64,000 bases of DNA, from the NCBI RefSeq assembly GCF_001194135.2, contig NC_068981.1, positions 47,351,486-47,415,485 on the forward strand. The letters are read 5' to 3'. Shown piece by piece: positions 1-12,371 of the stretch (position 1 is its first letter; the number at the start of each line of letters is the position of its first letter). The stretch comes from Octopus bimaculoides. Lineage: Eukaryota. The notes below the pieces were generated by a model that was not told the DNA's origin, searched no databases, and was given only the letters and a program-made list of their open reading frames with translations. Made by a program: the position numbers and the translations under genes.

Positions 1-805
1 ATGGTCAGTTCCATCGTGAAACCAAGAAATTAAACGTCCAATAAACATCATGGAGGTGGCTCAACAAGGGTGACCTAAAAAAGAATACGGAAAGCGTAAT
101 CATCACAACCCAGGACCGGGTATTGAATACCAACTCAGTGAAAAAGAATATATATCACACAAGTGCATCGGACTTCTATAAAATATGTGGTAAGAGGGTC
201 GAAAGTGTGACGCACAATGTTTATGCTTGTGAAAGTGTTGTTAATAAAAAGTACAAATTTAGACACAACAATGTAGCCCAAAATCTCCACTGGCTACTAT
301 GCCGTTACAATGGATATGAGTTTACGGGTGCTTGGTACCAACATACACAGGAAAATGAAACGGACGAAAAGGGGAAGACAAAATTCTAGACAGAAAAGTA
401 TTAGAGCACCGAAGCCCGGATATAGCAAACTTTAGGAGGGGCAAACAAGAATGCCTAATAATTGACGTAGTAGTGCTACGAGATCAGTACTCATTGAAAG
501 AAAGAAAAAAAGCTGATAAATATGAAGACCTGAGAAATGAGACCACTAAGATGTGGCAGCTACGCGAGTCGAACTTAAAGGTTATCCCTCTTGTCATCGG
601 AGCATTGAGATCAACACCACCCGATCTGAAAAAAAAATCTGAAAATGTTAGAAATACCCTACAATCTAGAGGTATTGCAAAAGTCGCCATTACTTGGACC
701 TGCACGTATATTGCCTAAAGTACTGTCTGTCTGAGGTCCTTATTGTGACTTGACACCCATGAGACACAATATCTTCAATCAATAACCAACGATACTGTAT
801 ATTCT
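1..805 (+). mobile_element. 3' fragment of an R4/Dong-like (restriction-like endonuclease) non-LTR retrotransposon, frameshifted
   Basis: Translations give ..CGKRVESVTHNVYAC..RHNNVAQNLHWLLC..WYQH (zinc-knuckle region) and ..HRSPDI..CLIIDV..KKADKYEDL..KMW..VIPLVIGAL (RLE signature). The fragment ends directly against a (TAA)n tract. Confidence 0.8.
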
Positions 806-814
806 GTGACGTCT

Positions 815-829
815 ATAATAATAATAATG

Positions 830-913
<84 letters not shown>
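815..913. repeat. (TAA)n microsatellite
   Basis: Direct reading; source of the poly-Ile and poly-Leu ORF artefacts at 806-1084 and 813-1007. Confidence 0.97.
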
Positions 914-921
<8 letters not shown>

Positions 922-924
922 TAA

Positions 925-2130
925 TAATATTCGGTCAAATATGAAATCCCAATTTTTGAGGATAAAACGGATTTGTACTGATATGGAGGCATACTGGAAA
1001 CATGCAAATGCCTTTGTACATCATAACGTCAAACGCAGTTACAGTGAAATCACGATTAAAGGAAATAGCAAATTAAATAGCTAAGATTAGCAAAGATAGT
1101 CAAACCTTCAAGCATAATTTTAGCAAACACAATAAAATAGATGACAGAATTCCTTTAGTTATTAACTAGCACCGAAATTTCGCTGGCATTTCAAAAGTGT
1201 TACATGAACGTTACCAGCATATGGCGAAAACATATCCTCGTTTCAGACAGATATTTTCTCAGCCGCCTATTGTAACCTTTAGACGGAATAGGAGTATAAA
1301 AGAATTATTGACCTCTATTTCTGACTCCAAGGGAAATGCACATTGGAGTATCTGCACGCTGTACCTTGAAGAAAAGTCGCAACAGAGGTAAGCCCGGTTC
1401 ATTGTGAAACAACATGTGTCAAGTGAATTCCATCAGGAATGATAACAGAAATGTTATGATTTATACAGAAGGTGGGACATGTAGAGATTCCCATTTGATG
1501 TAAGTGGCAGAATGACCGAAGCACAATTTGATTTTATGTTGGTTGTATAACAGAACAATGAAACAAAAGTTTTAATGGGCACAGATTCGACGTCAGGCAC
1601 AATAACAGTAGTTCGACAGGATTTGCCAAACATTTCATTTCAAAAGGCTGCAACTTTGAAAAAGACTTGAAAGTGTATATTTTCAGAAAATATTCCTAAT
1701 CTGCTTCAATTTCACTTCTCAGAAAGCATGAGGAGAAATGTTTCTTCGAGTTATTAACATCACGCCCCAGAGGAATGAATAAAATGGCAGGAGAATATCA
1801 TCAAATTTATACAATGGTATTTGATTAAATATTCTTTTTTTTTTCTTTTTTCTTTCCTCTTTTTTTCTGTCTTTTTCTTTTCGCCTGTTATAAATTTGAA
1901 ACTTAGACTGATGATGTCATTCTATCAACGTGTGTACGTTGGTTGCTCTCGTTCATAATTTACATTTAAAATTCTATAAATTTGAATTTTTATCACTTCT
2001 TATTTTGATTTTAACAAAGACAGATTTACTGTTCAAATATCGTTCAACCAATAAAATATATGTTACAATCGAATCGCACTCTTCGTCTTGACTGTTTAAC
2101 TTTGTGAAGAGTTACGTCATTCCTTTTTAA
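925..2130 (+). mobile_element. Penelope-like element, 3' part (RT thumb/linker plus GIY-YIG endonuclease), degenerate
   Basis: SQFLRIKRIC..KRSY (linker), PPIVTFRRNRSIKELL, FNGHRFDVRH..FAKHF and a PRGMN-type C-terminus, followed by an AT-rich tail containing CTGATGA at ~1908. Confidence 0.7.
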
Positions 2131-2159
2131 AATATAATAATAATAATAATAATAATAAT

Positions 2160-2345
2160 ACCATTACCAGGCACTGGGCTCTCATAACTTCTGATCTCAA
2201 ATGATTGGACGTGTTATCATGCACATTCTATTGTCTTGTTTATAAGAGATGCAAATATCGTCAGTTACTAATGGACTTGTTAATGTGGTTAAGATCAAAC
2301 TAGTGACAAGCAAATCTGTGGTATCGAGCAGAATATTTGCCCATC
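2160..2345 (+). repeat. Copy of a dispersed repeat family (CCAGGCAGTGGCTCTCATGG.. family)
   Basis: Diverged homolog of 45360-45914 and 58645-59120; preceded by (TAA)n at 2134-2160. Confidence 0.7.
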
Positions 2346-2417
2346 TTCTATACCAAGATCAAAAAATGTACATGTTAACACTTCCCGTATGTTAAGATCA
2401 AAAGCCATGTGAGACAA

Positions 2418-2456
2418 TTATTATTACTATTATTATCATTATTATTATTATCATCA

Positions 2457-2502
<46 letters not shown>
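2418..2502. repeat. (ATT/ATC)n microsatellite
   Basis: Direct reading. Confidence 0.95.
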
Positions 2503-2503
<1 letters not shown>

Positions 2504-3201
2504 TCAGCAACAGCAACTACTTCGATCATCAACGGTATGAAATTTTGGAACACGAAGAAGAATTTCTGAAGGAGCAATTTGAGAGAATCCAACGCCTCCA
2601 TTACTTGCCTGATATTTTATTTTATGACCTTGAAAGTTTGAAAGGTAAAGTTACCCTTGACAGAATATGAACTGAGAATGGCAAGACCCAGAGCGAATGG
2701 AGATATTCCGTCCTTCGAACGATTATACTTACGTTTCTAATATAGCCACATAACCTAATTTACAAGAAGACTAATTGATTTTATTTATCTCACTAAAAAG
2801 TTTTATGGCATTTTATCGACCTAGAGAGTAATGATTCCTTAGTATTTTCAACATTCACTCACACTAGATTACTGTCATTTATTTCTCGTTTCTTAAAAAT
2901 ATTTTTTGGATATATTTTCCTTCCGAAGCATAATATGCTTGATCGTAGTTCACATCTACGTCATAATACTTGACAACCATGTGTCTCTTCGAGGCTGACA
3001 CTTTTATTACTTCTCAAAAGAGCAAACATTACACTGCTCTGTAGTTTAGCTATGTACACTGATGTCTCACAGTATATGAGTAGAGCTACAAAGCTTCTGA
3101 CATCAAGTCTATTGAACGAGGAATTAAGCCAGTGTAAAGTAGAGCAATAATCACCATAAATATAAAATGTACATTTCATATTTTAGTTTTGAATATCTTA
3201 C

Positions 3202-3292
3202 CTCTAATTATTCTTGCCGTGTTAGTGTCGTGGTCGAACCTACATTGCATGGCCCACTTCAAAGCTAATTCCGCCATACTCTCACTCCAAAC
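3202..3292 (-). CDS. CAP/SCP (CRISP/venom-allergen-like) protein, exon 3: VWSESMAELALKWAMQCRFDHDTNTARIIR
   Basis: Acceptor tttattgttag|GTT (phase 0) and donor AGAG|gtaaga (phase 1), 91 nt. The W..LA..WA..C..H motif continues in frame from the MIEM end of exon 2. Confidence 0.9.
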
Positions 3293-3548
3293 CTAACAAT
3301 AAACGGAAATTTGGATTTAATAACAGACGAAGAACGCAGTAGATTAACATTCATGCATTACGTATGAAACTTAGAACACAGATAATTTTTAATTAATTTT
3401 TGTTTTACATTTTTTAGCAAATGAAAATAATGTAAATGATAATTTACAGTGACTCCAAAACACGTGCGAGATAGTGAGCAAGGTGTGTGATCGCAAAATG
3501 TAGACCTCAGCGAAGCCGTGAATCTTTGCATAAGTATGAACTAGGAGA

Positions 3549-3835
3549 TTCTGTCCATGGCGAATTATCCTCTCGATAATTTGGGATGAAAAACAGAGAG
3601 AGACGACTAAAAATGAAAACGCATTGTCATTGTCTTAACATTTATGTAAACAATCTAAATACTAAAAAACAATATTGATTATTTTAACTCACCTTTTTCC
3701 ATTTGCCAACATTTTTTACAATATATTTACAATTGCAAAATATTGGTAATTTTATACACTAACATACACATACATAAAAAAAAACGCATACACATACACG
3801 CACGTATGCACACAAACAAACACATACACAAACAC

Positions 3836-3873
<38 letters not shown>

Positions 3874-4191
3874 TATGTCTGCGTGTGCGTACGTGCGAGT
3901 TTATATGTATATGTGTAGAATATGTAGCAACATTTTCAAATATTTGGTAAATGGACTCAATCTATTGTTTGAAAGCACATTCTCTCACGAAAATTAATTC
4001 CAAGTTGAACAACAAATCAAGCAATCTAGCATACGGTAAAAGCAGCCTCATCTGGAAATTATATTTCCCCGGTGAGACTGAAATATCCCTTTGTCCAACG
4101 AGTACATGTACAAATGATTAGACTAGAAGAGGATACAAATAATAGGGAAGACAGAGTGTACTGTAAGACGAAACGATCATCGCGCTAAAGA
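3549..4191. repeat. Duplicated block, part 1 (paralog of 17671-18269)
   Basis: Colinear similarity from TTCTGTCCATGGCGAA to AACGATCATCGCGCTAAAGA. Confidence 0.9.
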
Positions 4192-4410
4192 AAACTTACA
4201 GGACACTCTTACCTATCAATTTTTTAAAATATACTAAACGTCAAACTTCCTTGCAGAGATCCTGCAATTGAAGTGCAATATTGCTGATTATGTACATTAT
4301 CCGTATGTGATGAACGAGCTCTCAATGTAAACTACTAGGCTCATACCCAAGACAAAATTTGGATACTATATTTTAAAAACTCCTATCGAAATATTAATTC
4401 TAAATATAAC

Positions 4411-4455
<45 letters not shown>

Positions 4456-4461
<6 letters not shown>

Positions 4462-5536
4462 GTTATAGAATAAAAACGCTAGGTTAACGACTCAACATAT
4501 CACAGTCCCTCAATGAACGTATATAAAAAATACAACATAATCCATAAAACGTAAGGAATAATATCAAAAGAGCGTAAGAAAAATAATGTAAGAAAAATAA
4601 AATAAATAAAGAATAAGAAATATATAACAAGTAAGATGCAAGCTATATAACGTATAATACAAAAATGTATACACAAATATATTATTTCAACCGATAATAT
4701 ACAAATAAATTAAGAATAATAAATTTGAGTTAAAGGTATAACACAATATACATATATATCATTTCATGTTTTTTAACCCGTGTTTTTTGTGAACTCTTAT
4801 AAATGGTGGTTGAAATGGATTTTACCGATTGGTACCTTCTGGGTGCTGTATTTGTCCTTTGATCCATGTGTTTTGTGAACTTTTGTACATGGTGAGCAGA
4901 ATTGGATGTTACATGCTGATACCTACTGGGTGCCTGTATTCACCTTTGACCCGTGTTTTTTTTGCGATCTCTTGTGTATACTAAACTGATACGACTTACA
5001 TAGTCAGGTCTGCTGTTTTAAATTATAAAATATGCCCGAGGGAAATATAGAACTTTAGATCTTTGCTCTAAACAATGTTAAATCATTTAAAGTTTTGTCA
5101 TTGATTTTTAACCGATAGACTATTTTGTTTTACCTCATTTCTTTATTTTATTTTATTTTATATCGATCTATATTATATATTTGAATATTTAATCGTATTA
5201 ATTTTAGCTTTAACTTGAGTTGGAACTTTTTTTAAATTATATATATATGTATATTGTGTTATACCTTTAACTCAAACTTATTATTCTTAATTTATTTGTA
5301 TGTTATCGGTTGAAATAATATAGTTGTGTATAATTTTTTATATTACACGTTCTATATCTTGCATCTTACTTCTTAAATATTTCTTATTCTTTTATTTATT
5401 TTATTTTTGTTACGTTATTTTTATATCTTTTCATTCCTATGTTTTGTGGATTATGTTGTATTTCTTATGTATGATCATTGAGGGAGTGTGATATGTTGAG
5501 TCGTTAACCTAACGTTTTTATTCTATAACTAATATT
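4456..5536. repeat. Long inverted repeat (arms ~4456-4760 and ~5240-5536), probably a Penelope-type inverted pLTR remnant
   Basis: The arms are reverse complements, e.g. ATATTAGTTATAGAATAAAAACG versus CGTTTTTATTCTATAACTAATAT. The spacer holds a ~100-bp tandem duplication at ~4780-4970. Confidence 0.8.
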
Positions 5537-5612
5537 TTACTCTTGTCTCAATTATTCTGAGCACTTCTCCTTCAAGCCCTGTATAAAATCTATCAATGTC
5601 CTAATAAGAAAC

Positions 5613-5650
<38 letters not shown>

Positions 5651-6624
5651 NNNNNNNNNNACAGAGTGCATGCACAAGTAACTATTCACACGCAAAATTC
5701 ATTCTGCCACTTATCATGAGGAAGCTACACAGCTAACAACCTAAATATTAACCATTGGACTTCATCCAAATGACTCCTGTTCTCTCTTCTAACAGGCAGA
5801 TTAAATTCAGTCTCTGTTCATGATAACTGAAACTTAACGTCTATTCTTTTAGGCGCAAAATACACTATCACGTGACACTTACGCATAGACGTAGCATGAA
5901 AGTAGACGTACAAAGTATAATAATCTTAATCATCTCTTCATTCTAAAAACAAACATGACAGAAAACATTCACAACATTGATTGTGTGCACCTGTTCAGTC
6001 ACCCGTGTCAGCCTTAACTTTCGATGCCAGACACTGCCACTTGATACTGACACACGGACGTAGCGGGGAACGTACAACATTTTCTAACACCATTCATTTG
6101 ACTATCCTTTATCAATCAAATCCTATTCAAAACAAACACGAATTTAAGCCATGAACTCCCTATAAAAACAGGCTAAAATTCAAACGCTAGTCCGAAGTAA
6201 GGGAGCTGCGACATAAGCCACGTCTTTCTATGTGAACTTTTCGAAAATCAGTGAAAACTGTGAAACCGATTAAAACATTAAATATTTTAATAAAAGTTAT
6301 TTTAACTATACGCAGTTCGTTTTCAACTTCTATTTTCGTATATTTCTATCCATGTGCAACAAAATAACTTTTACACAAACACACACACANNNNNNNNNNN
6401 NNNNNNNNNNNNNNNNNNNNNNNNNNNNNNNNNNNNNNNNNNNNNNNNNNNNNNNNNNNNNNNNNNNNNNNNNNNNNNNNNNNNNNNNNNNNNNNNNNNN
6501 NNNNNNNNNNNNNNNNNNNNNNNNNNNNNNNNNNNNNNNNNNNNNNNNNNNNNNNNNNNNNNNNNNNNNNNNNNNNNNNNNNNNNNNNNNNNNNNNNNNN
6601 NNNNNNNNNNNNNNNNNNNNNNNN

Positions 6625-6658
<34 letters not shown>

Positions 6659-7165
6659 CACCTCACATTTACAGAAAACATCAGTTGAAGACAGGTGACG
6701 GAACAACAATCAACATCAATCTAACGCTCGGAAGAATGAACAAATCTTTGACTCTACGAGCATACGCTCTTCGACAGAAAAAAAAATTGAAAGGAAAGGA
6801 AATGGAGAAAGAACGAAAACTACGAATAGTTCAACGGTTAAACTTGATGAAATAGCCGGAAGAAAGTGGTTGAGTGAAAGGGGATAATTACATCAACCAC
6901 GCTGAACAAGTGTGCGCAAGCTCGTTAGTTGCATGTGTAAATGTGAGCGACTGCGTCTGAATATATGTGTAGACGTGCTTCAATTTATGTTGGTATTTGC
7001 GAACGTATAAGGGCATCTGTGTGTGTTTGTGTCTGTGTATTTATATACTTGTGTATCTATGTGTCTTTGCATATATTTGTGTACATATACGGCTAGTTAT
7101 AAATGTCCAAATATATGTCTAAATACAGCAATATTTATGCAAATGACACATACACTGCTCCTAGG

Positions 7166-7442
7166 TATTCGGTACTTGAAACTGGAAGATTGCCTCACTA
7201 TGAAATGCTTTTAATGCTTCTATTGCTTTTTATACCCCATGTTTTCTCCTTCAAATATATTTATATATGCCTTAGTAATCACATTGAATAACTTATGTAA
7301 ATCAACTTAATATATATCTAGTAGGCAGCAATTAAAAGTAAAAGTTATGTATATGCACCGAAATATTTTGAATTAGCTTAAAAGATGTATTCCGTACATA
7401 CTTTCAAACTAAATCCTTCTGGAGAGATAACTGGGCCCGCGG
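7166..7442. repeat. Duplicated block, part 2 (paralog of 18270-18526)
   Basis: Similarity resumes at TATTCGGTACT exactly where part 1 stops, and ends at a shared GGAGAGATAACTGGGCCCGCGG. Confidence 0.85.
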
Positions 7443-7654
7443 ACTAAACATCCACGCCACTAGGTGTAATATCGACCACGAAAAATATTGAAAGCAGAAA
7501 CGTTCCCGATGGAATTTCTGTTCAAAACCTAAAGACACACAAATTGCTGCTGATCATTTCTTTCCGACGTGCTAACGGTTCTGTCACATACCTAACTGAA
7601 GTAAATGGCAATAATAGAAAAGTGTTACTTTGGGGCTAATACGTAATAGCTAGA

Positions 7655-8050
7655 TAGCAGAATCATTAACACGGCGAGCAAAATGCTTGAAAGCATTCCC
7701 TCTGTTTTTACGTTCTGCGTTTATATTCAACCGATTTCGACTTTGCCTCTCATCCTGGCGGAGTCGGTAAAATAAAAGCCCGCTGAACACTGCGGTTGTT
7801 GCAATCGACTCACCCCTATTTGAAATTTGCTGATCCTGTACCCAGTTTTGAAACTGTATGTAAAAACCTTAGGGCAGAGAGCTAGCAGAAACGTTAGCAT
7901 GCCAGGCAAAAGGGTTAGCGGCATTTCATTTGTCTTTACGTTCTCAGTTCAAATTCCCCAATGTCGACTTTGCTTCTTATCCCATTTGATTCGATTAAAT
8001 AAGTACAAGTGAGACACTAGTGCTGATATAACTGAGCTATCCACCACCAC
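7655..8050 (+). mobile_element. Two adjacent copies of a tRNA-derived SINE (GGCAGAAACGTTAGCA..GAGTTCAAATT family)
   Basis: Homologous to 20585-20795; B-box-like GTTCAAAT and the GTCGACTTTGCC body. Confidence 0.7.
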
Positions 8051-9461
8051 CCCTAAAATTACTGTTGACGAAATTTGAAACCAATATTAATAGCGATTCA
8101 TTTCTTAAAAGGGTGAAAATTTCCTCTTCACATGCGTGAAATAATTGTCAAATGATCATGTAAATGTATTTTGCACCGCTAAAGGAACTATATTATTGTT
8201 TCAAGCTTTTGTATAAGTCTAGTAGTTTAAAAGTTGGCTATAAGTCGCTTACAACGACTGCAGCCTGTAATGGTAGTTATTTTATCGACGCTAGAATGAT
8301 GTAAGATCAAACCATTTTTATTGGATCTGAACTCAGAAGGTAAAGAACTGGAAAAACTGCTAAGCAATTTGTTCGATCGCGGACTATTCTATCGGCTCAC
8401 CATCAAAAAGGATTCTAATATAATGATAGGGTACACTATATATGCACTTGTGAAATTTGAAATGTAAATATCTGCTTAGCGGAGGAAAACATTTCCAAAC
8501 ATTCGAAATGCGTTTGTTTATTAAAAACAGGATAGGTTTATGATATTAATGTAACTACTTACAGCTAGAAACAATCCAATTTATATTATAGCCTTTAGAA
8601 CGAATAATTTCATTATGCAATAGCTTTTGACAGTGGATTAAAAGTTGATATTTACATTACTGAAATATGTATAGATATTTCTTTACGACGTTATATATCC
8701 GATATTTTACTAGGTTTTACGGCTGGTATATCTTGTATATTCAAGTCTGTTATATATATATATGGTATATTCAAGAATAATGCTCTACTGACTCTACTTA
8801 TGTACACGTTTCTTATTTAATGGACAATTTGTAGTTACTTTCTTGAAAAAGGCTCACAGATTAAGTATAATATTTCACAGTAGTGCGTGTAGAAAAAAAA
8901 ATTAAGACGATAGCTGGTTTAACGGAAACAGATAAAGCGGCAGGAATGTTGCAATTTTTAAGTACATCATGGGGTGTGCTACACAGTATACGGATAAGCT
9001 GCTTGTAACGAACTTGTGAGTAGCTATGTCCTTGCATCATGAATAGCTGTTTTAACCTTATTTAGCGTACAAACAGTTAATTTGCTGCATATCAAAAACT
9101 ATTTGCTTACTTGAACTATCTAATATTCTGTAATCCATATGCGTAAGAATATGGGATACCAAGAACAATTCTAATTTTCACTCTCCACATAATGCATAAT
9201 CGTTGTAGCCTGCGAAGATATCATTCAATCGAAACCTAGCCTAACTTGATATACTACTTAAATAATTTAGTGTAAATTTAATATTAAATGCCAAAAGAGA
9301 ACATTCTTCAAATAATGCTGAGAATGGTAATGGGATATTCAAGGAAAATGATAATTCTTATTTTAGTTTGGAACGTAATAACTAACTCTCCATATTGAAG
9401 TAGTCCCCTTTCCTTCTCTTTCTTTACTTGCACGTGTGCATACATAATACATACATACATA

Positions 9462-10358
9462 CAAGGTGGCATCAAGTGATTACCGGATTAGTTATGCTAA
9501 ATAAAAAATAAATTATTTACCAGAAATTTAACATCACCTTCGCAATACTCATTTTGCGCAGCAATACAGCGGACCCAGCGTTCCTGACATTTTGGGAATC
9601 TGGCCTGGGAATCGTTATCAGTAAGCGAAACGAGGACCTTCAGTTATTCGGTCAGGATGTCGACAGTTTAGTTCAAATGGTGACCACTGAGCTGTATTTT
9701 CATCTTGGAGAAGAGATGGAAGGTGCTGAATCTGGTGGACAGGGTGGGTGCAGAAGCGATGTCATGTTGTTTTTGGCGTGAAACTCACGAATGAAGAGAG
9801 CTCGGTGACAGGGTGCATTGTCGTCATGAAGAATCCAATTCTTTGCGTTCCACAGATCCGGTCGCTTTCACCAGATAGCCTCCCACAAACACTTTAAAAC
9901 GCCGCAGTAGAAATCTCGACCGACGGGCTAGCACGGGGACAAAATAAATCGTGAGACACAATACTACATTTTCAGGAATGACAAAGGTATTCCAGATCAC
10001 TGATCATCTTCCTGGGACGTTCTTCTGCTCTTGAAGTGCCCGTGCCACTCGAAACATTGTGTGCAGCACATTGCTTTGTAGTCGTAAGCTTCCCGAAGTA
10101 TGCTCAGTATATGTGGCAATGTTGTAGACCTCCCAAGTTTAATGCAAAATTTTACGTTGGTTTAGTGCTCCTATCCAAGATACAATCGCAGCTTACAGCG
10201 TACACATGATCACGAAAGCACGAATTGCACAACTTGCTAAGTTACTCGGCACACTGCTTCATGTAAATCACTGCTAGCACTCTTGGCTGTCACAAACATG
10301 TGCTTCCATATGTCGGAACGCTACATGACTAGCACGGGAAAATGTTGATACCACCACG
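9462..10358 (-). mobile_element. Internally deleted mariner (DD34D-type) transposon
   Basis: Minus strand gives WILHDDNAPCHRA..HPPCPPDSAP and RWVRCIAAQNEYCEGD. Imperfect TIRs are CAAGGTGGCATCA and TGATACCACCACG, with TA on the left flank. Confidence 0.85.
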
Positions 10359-10437
10359 CATATACAATCACGCACAGACCTACGTACACGCACGAACACG
10401 CACGTACATTCACACACACGCTAACACGTACATATAT

Positions 10438-10875
10438 GAGGCTGCGTGGCAAGAAACTTGCTTCCTAACCACTTGATTCCGGGTTCAGTCAGTTCCACTG
10501 GCATCGTTGGCAAATAATTCTACTAGAGCCTCAGGACGACCAAAGACTTATAATGGGTTTGGTAGATAGAAACATACGTCAGTATATGAATAGAAATATA
10601 TGTAATATAGAAATATATGTAAGTATATGAATAAATATATGTGTGCATGCGTGTGTGCGTGTACGTGCGCGCGCGTGTGTATCATTGTGTATGTGGTGTA
10701 CCGCACAACAGCTTAGCAAAAGTTGTTGGTTAGTTTGCGTCTCTAACGTAACATCTCAGAAAAGACACTGATAGAACATGCTTAACTAAGTGTAAATACT
10801 GGGATCGATTCATTCGACTTAAAATAATTGTGCCGCTTGGTAGTCCAGCATAGTCACTGTCTAATGAGTGAAATA
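10438..10875 (+). mobile_element. tRNA-derived SINE (GGCGCAGGAGTGGCTGTGTGG family), diverged
   Basis: Homologous to 16009-16397 in head, body and tail. Confidence 0.7.
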
Positions 10876-11340
10876 TGTTAACTATATATATATATATATN
10901 NNNNNNNNNNNNNNNNNNNNNNNNNNNNNNNNNNNNNNNNNNNNNNNNNNNNNNNNNNNNNNNNNNNNNNNNNNNNNNNNNNNNNNNNNNNNNNNNNNNN
11001 NNNNNNNNNNNNNNNNNNNNNNNNNNNNNNNNNNNNNNNNNNNNNNNNNNNNNNNNNNNNNNNNNNNNNNNNNNNNNNNNNNNNNNNNNNNNNNNNNNNN
11101 NNNNNNNNNNNNNNNNNNNNNNNNNNNNNNNNNNNNNNNNNNNNNNNNNNNNNNNNNNNNNNNNNNNNNNNNNNNNNNNNNNNNNNNNNNNNNNNNNNNN
11201 NNNNNNNNNNNNNNNNNNNNNNNNNNNNNNNNNNNNNNNNNNNNNNNNNNNNNNNNNNNNNNNNNNNNNNNNNNNNNNNNNNNNNNNNNNNNNNNNNNNN
11301 NNNNNNNNNNNNNNNNNNNNNNNNNNNNNNNNNNNNNNNN

Positions 11341-11419
<79 letters not shown>

Positions 11420-11420
<1 letters not shown>

Positions 11421-12310
11421 AATAATTTAGAGAACCACCAAGATGCAACTCAAACGATGAAGGAGATCAGACACCATCAAGGAAATCGTACTCACAAAAT
11501 ACTAATTTTTAAAAATTAAAAATATCCAAAACAAAAGTTATAATCCATAAAATCTATAGAATATTGGATTAAAAATTTAATTCAGATTAGTAAATTCTAA
11601 AAACGAAGGAGCAAAGTAAACTACACGCATTTCGTGGCCACATAAAAGTGGCGAAGATCCGGGCAATTTACAATAAATCGCTGAAGATAGATCCTCTCAG
11701 AATAAGGGCACTCGTCAGTTCTCGTAACTTCAAAAATCGTATCCTATTATTAGTGTCTGGTTCTCCGTCTCTATACATACTTCTCCATATTTTCACGTGT
11801 TTTACATATTTTAATTTTACATGGAAAGTTTAATTTTTGTGGTCAGAAATATACGACATTTTGTGACGTGATGCACATTGTAAACATTCTATGCTTCTTG
11901 GGTAATACAACAGTCATCAAAGAATCTTCGATAAGATAAGTGATGTTATAATTGTTGTTAATAATGTTGAAACTCCGAGTTCATTTAATAGTTAATAACA
12001 CTATCTTATATCTTTTCCTATTCTTAATCTACAGAAAGTTTTTCTTCATTTGATAACATATGCATTTAATTTGACAAATGAGTATTATTATAAAACCTTG
12101 GCACTTCATATATTGTTCTAATACTTGCTTGAACGTACAGATTTTTCTAATTTTTCCTATTTTATTTTATTGGATTTTTAAATATTAAGATACGTTTTTT
12201 GAAGTTACGAGACCTGAAAAGTATCCTAATTCTGAGTGGAACTTACCTTGAGCGATTTATTGTAAATTGCCCGAAATTTTCCACTTTTATGTGGCCACGA
12301 AACGAGCGAA
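11420..12310. repeat. Inverted-repeat element (arms ~11625-11750 and ~12180-12305), Penelope-pLTR-like
   Basis: TTTCGTGGCCACATAAAAGTGG..GTAACTTCAAAAA and its reverse complement, ending in GTGGCCACGAAACG. Confidence 0.65.
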
Positions 12311-12371
12311 TTCTATGTTTCAATTTCTCTCTCTATCTATTTATCTATCATCTATCTATCTATTTATCTAT

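Noticed and set aside
806-1084. Poly-I/L/N/T/D/HT/YI ORFs and all X-containing ORFs in the track
   Set aside because: They are translations of microsatellites and N-gaps with no coding signal.
1903-1945. Hammerhead motif in the Penelope tail (CTGATGATGTC)
   Set aside because: The GAAA half is missing; it is too degraded to call.
2508-2644. Plus-strand exon NSNYFDHQRYEILEHEEEFLKEQFERIQRLHY..
   Set aside because: The acceptor is made by the (ATT)n tract, the donor lies in a SINE remnant, no family is recognised and there are no partner exons.
1-3201. CAP exon 4 (GQN/GEN motif) within the window
   Set aside because: I found no phase-1 acceptor followed by a GQN-type frame; it probably lies left of position 1.
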